64,000 nt of DNA from a phage. The stretch is taken from the NCBI GenBank assembly GCA_033286805.1, contig GCA_033286805.1_4727.1; one strand, 5' to 3'. The translations under genes were made by a program, and so were the position numbers. A model generated the notes under the pieces. It was not told the DNA's origin and searched no databases. It was given only the letters and a program-made list of their open reading frames with translations. Shown here piece by piece: positions 57,628-64,000 of the stretch (positions within the stretch are counted from its first letter, which is position 1; each line of letters starts with the position of its first letter).

Positions 57628-58151
57628 TTAACGACAGCTTCCTCCCTCGGAGTTTTCGAGGGAGGTATTTGCCGCTTGAACACTTTCAGCATGTTCGCAA
57701 AATCAGCAGCAATAATACAGGCCGAGGTTGACAGCTTATTGCTGAAAATGAGATCGTCCGGTAAACAATCGAACTGAATACCGTATTGCGTCTTTGTCTC
57801 ATCAACGATCAATGATGGTGTCGATCTTGTCTTCGCGATGTCGGTGATATACAAACGTAAAAATAATTCACCGTCTTCGCTATCCATAAAACGATAAGCG
57901 TTACCAGAAAATGCAGCATGTGGCGTAACGATAAATTGAACACGATCGTCGGTCGGATGGATATTTAACCAACGTTCGATATCACTGCTACTCACATTTT
58001 GCATATTTACTACGGTAAAAGCAAATAGCGTATCGTGATGTTTGGAATAATGCAGCACATACGCCGCATCTTTCTTTCCGTGAATCCCTTCAATGTATTC
58101 TATTGTCGTATAGCCGGATTTATATAGCTTTACTTGCGGTTTATCACTCAT
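57618..58151 (-). CDS. hypothetical protein (start trimmed to ATG 58151)
   Basis: Track ORF 57618-58235; ATGATGA start/stop coupling with upstream gene. Confidence 0.45.
   Translation of the reverse strand: MSDKPQVKLYKSGYTTIEYIEGIHGKKDAAYVLHYSKHHDTLFAFTVVNMQNVSSSDIERWLNIHPTDDRVQFIVTPHAAFSGNAYRFMDSEDGELFLRLYITDIAKTRSTPSLIVDETKTQYGIQFDCLPDDLIFSNKLSTSACIIAADFANMLKVFKRQIPPSKTPREEAVVNQK
57641..57665 (+). terminator. hairpin after 56785-57627, lying inside 3' codons of convergent minus gene
   Basis: CCTCCCTCG-GAGTTTT-CGAGGGAGG 9-bp stem followed by TATTTGCCGC. Confidence 0.45.
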
Positions 58152-58450
58152 CATAACAACCCTTCCCGTTTCATCGCAGCACGCATACTTGCGTAAAGCG
58201 CATTCCTCATTGCACCCGGACGCAACGGATAACAAATCTCATATCGACGTCCTTGTTTTACAGCAATTTTCCTTCCATTCAGAAACAACGTGCCATTATC
58301 CAGCAACAACTCACCTTGTAGTACCATGAGTCCTGCTTTAACATGACGTCCTTCTTCTTTAGTTAAGACCTTATAGCCGTGTTTATCCAATAACCACAAT
58401 TCGTAGATACCATGCGCAGCCTTCGGCATTACTTTCTTCTTCGTCGTCAT
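58151..58450 (-). CDS. hypothetical protein
   Basis: 99-aa ORF. Confidence 0.45.
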   Translation of the reverse strand: MTTKKKVMPKAAHGIYELWLLDKHGYKVLTKEEGRHVKAGLMVLQGELLLDNGTLFLNGRKIAVKQGRRYEICYPLRPGAMRNALYASMRAAMKREGLL

Positions 58451-58462
58451 GGAAGATCCTCC

Positions 58463-58837
58463 TTAAACTCCTTGTCGGATCATCACCAACCGGAGCATGT
58501 TGTATTCCAATGTAGCGCTTTCTAATTCGAATTCATATCGATACCAGAAATTCGGCTCTAATTGACCTACAACACATTTACGAACATCTGTCTGCACCTT
58601 CCTCGACAACACCTGTAACAGTTGTGTTATCTCCGGCTTGAAGTAATGCGCCAAACCTAACTGATCAGAATAAAACAGGCCACAATCAAAGATGGCCTGT
58701 AAAATAACATATTCAACCATCAGGTGACGCGCATCGGGGTCAGGGAATGGCGAACGTAAAGCGAGGTCTAACACATCGACAATTGGGCCGACATAAATGG
58801 CGGCACGGTACTCACGAATAACACTGATGTTATCCAT
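58463..58837 (-). CDS. hypothetical protein
   Basis: 124-aa ORF. Confidence 0.45.
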   Translation of the reverse strand: MDNISVIREYRAAIYVGPIVDVLDLALRSPFPDPDARHLMVEYVILQAIFDCGLFYSDQLGLAHYFKPEITQLLQVLSRKVQTDVRKCVVGQLEPNFWYRYEFELESATLEYNMLRLVMIRQGV

Positions 58838-58850
58838 GATAACCTATTCG

Positions 58851-59675
58851 TTAACTGTCGCTTTCTGACGTATCGACGTAGTTGAAAATACGATCCCGCA
58901 AACACTCATAACGAGGCAACGCACTAAGAATGATCATCTTCAACTGCATCGCGATCGATACACGTTCTTCATCCGACGCATCGTCTCCCCATTTACCTGG
59001 CTTAACCTGAATAGGTTCGTGCGGATCCTGCGGGAATATAAAACTTAACAACAGATAATCCGTACGGAACTCCCATACTTCTCGACCGTTGTTATCGGTT
59101 TCTTTACGCAACGTGAAGAGTTGGCGTTCGGTGGTTGGATCCAGCATCAGCGGTCGGCCACGAACAATCTCCAGTTTACGTGGGCTGACGAACGTCGTAC
59201 GTTCAGGAAGGTATTTTTCAACATCATCCGTATCCAACAAGAACAAAATGATGTCGTCGAAATACTTCGGTGCGTACGTGTGTATCGGTTCGCCGTCGCT
59301 ATACGAAGAGATCTCTTGAAGTATTGGTGTCTTACACGAAAAGTTCTGGCACGAACCACGGGTGATCGGTAAGGTGGTCCATTGATGTTCTGTAGACAAT
59401 TCAACAGGCACCAACGGATAATCATCGATGAAGACCACGCACGTTGTGCTAATGGGTATTCTTCCATCATTACCTGGTTCAAAAACCAAACGTATCTTAC
59501 CAGTAATCAGCGCCATCTCATCTGGCATTAAATGGCTTGCTGAACGAGCAAGTCTGAAACCGGCCGCCTGTTTATAAGGTTCGGGTTTATAGCCACGGAC
59601 AATAAGAGAGACATCCGCAAGTTCAACGCTCACGAACGCATCTTTGGTGTCTTCATTGTTCGTCGTTAACGTCAT
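58851..59675 (-). CDS. hypothetical protein
   Basis: 274-aa ORF. Confidence 0.5.
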   Translation of the reverse strand: MTLTTNNEDTKDAFVSVELADVSLIVRGYKPEPYKQAAGFRLARSASHLMPDEMALITGKIRLVFEPGNDGRIPISTTCVVFIDDYPLVPVELSTEHQWTTLPITRGSCQNFSCKTPILQEISSYSDGEPIHTYAPKYFDDIILFLLDTDDVEKYLPERTTFVSPRKLEIVRGRPLMLDPTTERQLFTLRKETDNNGREVWEFRTDYLLLSFIFPQDPHEPIQVKPGKWGDDASDEERVSIAMQLKMIILSALPRYECLRDRIFNYVDTSESDS

Positions 59676-60690
59676 TGCTCATTTTCTCCACTGCAACAAA
59701 TCGTTCAAGCTCGCGTAATAAACGCTCTTTTAACGCAGGATCAACTTCCGGAGCATGTTTATCACGATACCATTCGGTCCCGTTGTATTGCAGGCTAACA
59801 TGCCATGTTCCTAACGGGCTTTCCTCTGCAGCGGCGATGAAATTCTTAACGCCGGTTTTGGTAGGATACTCCATGATAGGAACAGCCTGCTTCAGATCCA
59901 TTACGGTAAGATCCTGGAAGTTGTAGTCCAGGAGCGTTAATGCACGTTTGTCGCGTAGCAGTAACCCGCAATCCAAGATGGTGAAATCAATACCCCAGAA
60001 ACGTAACTTACCTCCAACCCCAACAGGAGTGTGACCACGATAAACCGCGAGATAAATCTCACCTTTATCGGTTTCTTTGTTGTATCCAGCAATGAAAGCG
60101 GCTGTGATTAATGGTTGGTGTCCTTTCGCTAAGAAGACAGGGTGGTTATGATACAACCAGTCACTACGAATCAGATCGGTAACCTGACCTAAACGTGCTG
60201 TTGGTACCATCACCGATCCCAGAGTTTCATCAACAGGAACCTGGTAATATTCAAACAGAACACCATCGATTTCTTCGGTAGCGTAAGGGGTACGTGCTGG
60301 ATCGTTAAGGAGTTTACGGAGTTTTGTGTCGATTTCGTTAACACGGCTACCCTGTTCTTTCTCGCGACTACCGATCACAAAAGCAACAAGATTGCGTACG
60401 CTAACAAAAACATCATCTTTCTCGGTGTCGCTGAGATCAGCTTCATCAGGCATTGTTGTCCAATGTAACGGGCCTTCAACAACCTTAAGCCATCTATCTT
60501 CACGTCCCGGATAAACAAAAGGCTTATGCACAGGAACACTGGTATGCTGAACCCGTAATAACAGGCTACATAACGGTGGTAATGTTTTCTCTAGAGGAGG
60601 AACAATACCTGATGTAACAGCGATGACGTGACGGTTAAGAACAAGAGAAGCTGAATAGGTGATGTTATCTAATCCTGGTAATTGATCCAT
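59653..60690 (-). CDS. hypothetical protein
   Basis: 345-aa ORF; AAGGA SD; AT-rich region upstream. Confidence 0.55.
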   Translation of the reverse strand: MDQLPGLDNITYSASLVLNRHVIAVTSGIVPPLEKTLPPLCSLLLRVQHTSVPVHKPFVYPGREDRWLKVVEGPLHWTTMPDEADLSDTEKDDVFVSVRNLVAFVIGSREKEQGSRVNEIDTKLRKLLNDPARTPYATEEIDGVLFEYYQVPVDETLGSVMVPTARLGQVTDLIRSDWLYHNHPVFLAKGHQPLITAAFIAGYNKETDKGEIYLAVYRGHTPVGVGGKLRFWGIDFTILDCGLLLRDKRALTLLDYNFQDLTVMDLKQAVPIMEYPTKTGVKNFIAAAEESPLGTWHVSLQYNGTEWYRDKHAPEVDPALKERLLRELERFVAVEKMSNDVNDEQ

Positions 60691-60998
60691 GATAGGAATC
60701 CTTAGTATGTTTGATATGTTGTTTAATTGACATATTAAGTTTAAAAGAGGTTATGTTTTACGTATGGTTAATAAAGTATTCTTATCTCTATTAAGTTATA
60801 TTCTATCTAAAGATAGTAAACAGATATAATGCTCCCCACCTCCCCATTCTCCCAAGTAATACTGGCCTACCGGCCCTCTCCTTTTTAAGGGAGAGAGTAA
60901 GCATTCAGTATTGCTCAAATGAATAAGCAAAACAGTATAAACTTACCGTCTCGAGTCGTCTCGAGACGGCGTAGTAGTATCTGTTTATCTCTTTTATG

Positions 60999-61352
60999 CT
61001 AACAGCCTATTTCTGCATGAACCTTTAACGATTCGAATACATCTTCCTTCTTTGTCATCGTCTTGTATAAACGTGATTGAGCAATGATCTTTATCCATTG
61101 TTGTGGATCGCGTAAATTCACATTTTCAAAACGGGGTGGGGTATTATCTCCGTCGAGTCGGATATACCCTAAGAGCAATCCTTCATGGTCTCCTCGACGG
61201 ATTTCGATATGCGGTTTGAGGAAGACACGATTGTCTGGTGGATACCAGCTTACGGTGTAGTAATGGTTTCCTGAAACAACGAATTCGTGAACGGTTTTTG
61301 TCTCATCGTCAATGACCGCATTTACGCTGGGAATCATTAATTTTTGAAGCAT
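60999..61352 (-). CDS. hypothetical protein
   Basis: 117-aa ORF. Confidence 0.45.
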   Translation of the reverse strand: MLQKLMIPSVNAVIDDETKTVHEFVVSGNHYYTVSWYPPDNRVFLKPHIEIRRGDHEGLLLGYIRLDGDNTPPRFENVNLRDPQQWIKIIAQSRLYKTMTKKEDVFESLKVHAEIGC

Positions 61353-61936
61353 GGGACATAAACCTCCATCAACATCGCATAAAGCGCACCAAGCCCATGC
61401 AGGACTTGGTTAGGTGCAAAGGTCGGAGTGTAACATACTTGTTCGGTTGGTGCTTGTTGACGTAAGTCTAACGGATCTCCGTTGATAAGCATCTGCAGGA
61501 GATCAGCATCATCTTGCAATGTGTCTTCATCGATATACGCATCAACACAAAGCAGTCGGTGTAACTGTTCGGGTTTAATTGAAATACCTACAACCATGCA
61601 GTTGTTGTAGGTGGCGTTGTCCAGAAAGAAGTGGATGACGCCCGCTTGAGGATCGCCACCGTAGTGAAGCCAACGCGTAAAACCAGCCGACATCATCCAT
61701 AGCGGGTTGTGTTGTAACGCACTGACGACACGGGTCTCGAAATCCAAACCAAACTTCTGGAAGATTGCACCCATCTGGAAACGATCTTCATCGAGACGGT
61801 AGCGGAATATACAGGCATCCGATCCCGTTGAGTTATCGTACACCGAAAGATACCCACGATGGATTTCCACAGTAACATTGTTGTCGTCAAGCGTAGCGCT
61901 CGCAACGCCGTTAGAAAAGGTTGGAACAAAGCTCAT
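61337..61936 (-). CDS. hypothetical protein
   Basis: 199-aa ORF. Confidence 0.5.
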   Translation of the reverse strand: MSFVPTFSNGVASATLDDNNVTVEIHRGYLSVYDNSTGSDACIFRYRLDEDRFQMGAIFQKFGLDFETRVVSALQHNPLWMMSAGFTRWLHYGGDPQAGVIHFFLDNATYNNCMVVGISIKPEQLHRLLCVDAYIDEDTLQDDADLLQMLINGDPLDLRQQAPTEQVCYTPTFAPNQVLHGLGALYAMLMEVYVPCFKN

Positions 61937-62484
61937 CTTGTAATCCTTAATTTACCTGAATGAATTATCGTTGACGGGTCCACGACGCGACCGTATTTCG
62001 CGTTACGTAATACACGATGCCCAAAGAAGTCAGCGGTTTCCAAAACAACCGTATAACAACCCAGCTGATGTTGATGTCCCCAAAACCGTTCAATGGGAAT
62101 CCAGCAGGGCGACATGCCTTTGTGTCGCCAATCCGTAACACAACCGAATTCAGCAAACTGTTCAGTAAACCACTCGTCAATATCGGTATCCGTAAAGAGA
62201 AACACGTGGTTTTTAACCAGATAAGCGAACCCAGGATAAAAAAGCTGAGGGTCATCCGGGTCACGGAGATAAACACGAAGTTTGTCTAGCGTACCCTCGA
62301 CAACGATTGTATCGGGTAATCCTGGCGGCGTGAACCGAAGTTGGAAGTTATCCTCGTTTGCCGAGGCGTTAACCAAATACCCCAGTTGAAGGGGTCGATG
62401 CAGTTCGAAAAGGTTAAACGTTAATGCATATTCGATATACTCTAATCCTATATTCATGTCTGGCCTATGTGGTATGGACGGCAT
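61933..62484 (-). CDS. hypothetical protein
   Basis: 183-aa ORF. Confidence 0.5.
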   Translation of the reverse strand: MPSIPHRPDMNIGLEYIEYALTFNLFELHRPLQLGYLVNASANEDNFQLRFTPPGLPDTIVVEGTLDKLRVYLRDPDDPQLFYPGFAYLVKNHVFLFTDTDIDEWFTEQFAEFGCVTDWRHKGMSPCWIPIERFWGHQHQLGCYTVVLETADFFGHRVLRNAKYGRVVDPSTIIHSGKLRITR

Positions 62485-62589
62485 TGCATTGCCTTCCGCG
62501 AGTGTAATCAGGAAGGTAATGTAGGTTTATTTTAATCTCCATTTCGCGATGATATGACAGTCTTTATTACGTTTACCATCTGAGGGAGC

Positions 62590-63834
62590 ATGCTCATGTC
62601 TTCTATTTTACAGGTGTTTAATGCGCATGCGGAAGGCATTGACATCGACGAGTATTTTGTTAATCAGGTTATCCGTTACGCGACACGCTTCCGTACGCAA
62701 GACCAAGAACACATGCGTTTTTTCGGTGGGGTTCTGTTAGGTGTACAGAAAATCCGATTCACAACAAGACATAACGATACATGGTTTTCCGACGTCTTGA
62801 TGATGGATGAAGAAAGCTTACGGCGCGATTTGAGTAAACTGCCCTTCTACAATACGCAGACCAACCGTGTTGCCTCAAACGCCTTTAACCTAAGTTGCTG
62901 TTGGTTGCTTTATGCGATCTTCCACAGCAAACAAATCAAAAAAGAAAAGGTTCGTGAAGCCGGGATGCTTGCAGCAATGCAAGTCCTCCATTATAAATTC
63001 ATTTGTGGTCTGGTAGCACGACGTTATCCTTATAACGCCGATCCGGCTATCGCCATTAAGGCGTACGATGAGTTAACACTCAAATCAGGCATCAAGCGCA
63101 TGAATAGCTGGAATGAGTACATCGACGAACGCTGTAACGCCATCATCGCGCGTAATAGTACACATTTCAGTCGTTGGTCAACCCTGGAACCTGATAGCGT
63201 CGCCGAACGTTTTGTGCGTGATGTGAATACCGGAATCCGTAAGGTTATCAACCGTATCACCGATACGTACTACGCGATGTACGAAGAAGGTAAGAAGATA
63301 GGCACGTCTTCTCAAACTGTAGAATTAGACGATGGTCTCGCTGTCCGCGATATTAAACGCAACGAAACCACTTATCGTCAATATCTGTTCGAAATCGCTT
63401 ATGACCGAACGAGTTTCGTTAAACGTGAACTCATGATCGTCATCCTCGACGTGCATCATACTACCAATCTTTTATCCCTTGAGCGAGCGTTAAGCTATAT
63501 CAGCGCTAACGTAGAACGACCGACAAGAGACGGAAAACAGGTCTCTCAGATGTTGCGGCTTGTAATGGAGCATGCTATCGAGTATATCATCTTGAATAAG
63601 GTCGATATGCGCGATCTTACGTTCTTATTCTACATGCGTAACGTGTACACGTCTAACCGCACTAGCAACCCGAAACTGTTAGAACTGCGTAAAATTGGCT
63701 CTGAAGTCATTAAGAAAGCAACCAATGCGAGAAACGACGCTGAAGCTGCAGCGACACGTACTGGTGTCTTTCTGTATATCCTACTTCGTGTGTTTAGCCG
63801 TAACTATTACGTTCGACGTGCGATGTCACGTTAA
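62590..63834 (+). CDS. hypothetical protein
   Basis: 414-aa plus-strand ORF; GAGGGAG SD; CGTTTACCATC motif upstream. Confidence 0.55.
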   Translation: MLMSSILQVFNAHAEGIDIDEYFVNQVIRYATRFRTQDQEHMRFFGGVLLGVQKIRFTTRHNDTWFSDVLMMDEESLRRDLSKLPFYNTQTNRVASNAFNLSCCWLLYAIFHSKQIKKEKVREAGMLAAMQVLHYKFICGLVARRYPYNADPAIAIKAYDELTLKSGIKRMNSWNEYIDERCNAIIARNSTHFSRWSTLEPDSVAERFVRDVNTGIRKVINRITDTYYAMYEEGKKIGTSSQTVELDDGLAVRDIKRNETTYRQYLFEIAYDRTSFVKRELMIVILDVHHTTNLLSLERALSYISANVERPTRDGKQVSQMLRLVMEHAIEYIILNKVDMRDLTFLFYMRNVYTSNRTSNPKLLELRKIGSEVIKKATNARNDAEAAATRTGVFLYILLRVFSRNYYVRRAMSR

Positions 63835-64000
63835 CAATGTAACGGTAAAACTTTACTGACGTTGGTTATTATTTGAAGCATAGGGCTTCACCCAGGAGTA
63901 CCATCCCTTTAAGTCGTTTGTCCTCTCCTGGTTAACTGTCGTTCTCTCACAGTGCTCGACAGACCAAAAATGCTCAGGCCTCATAGCCTCCTCTGGGAAT

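Noticed and set aside
1-64000. tRNA, rRNA and CRISPR arrays
   Set aside because: No rRNA-like conserved stretches or regular short direct repeats were seen, and no cloverleaf-compatible T-arm (GGTTCGAATCC-type) was found by eye. tRNA absence is not proven without tRNAscan-SE.

Overview
This 64 kb window looks like part of a nucleus-forming jumbo phage genome (phiKZ-like / chimallivirus, possibly Goslar-like). Almost all genes are densely packed on the minus strand, with a few plus-strand genes (17.8-21.5 kb, 31.8 kb, 48.0 kb, 56.8 kb, 62.6 kb). Calls I can support from motifs in the translations: a PhuZ-type phage tubulin (55740-56720), a 631-aa early-promoter-driven candidate chimallin/shell protein (45885-47780), fragments of a split multisubunit RNA polymerase (beta-prime N-terminal, beta-prime C-terminal, beta C-terminal), thymidylate synthase with two insertions, two SF2 helicases (one carrying a 352-aa intein with a LAGLIDADG endonuclease domain in the P-loop), a DEDDh exonuclease, a metallophosphoesterase, an HD-domain protein, an SbcD/Mre11-like nuclease, a DUF285-repeat protein and a signal-peptide protein. 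The most unusual observation is that the beta-prime gene appears interrupted exactly at the catalytic NADFDGD motif by two paralogous ~350-nt structured intervening sequences flanking a 15-18 nt micro-exon that encodes DFDGD. I also see a family of GC-rich terminator hairpins followed by a conserved TTTATGCCG motif, and four copies of an early-promoter-like motif (TTTCASGGYTATATTAC on the coding strand). No rRNA or CRISPR arrays were seen, and no tRNA was found by eye. All product calls rest on my reading of motifs, not on database searches; most ORFs remain hypothetical and many start codons are uncertain because the ORF track allows GTG/TTG starts.
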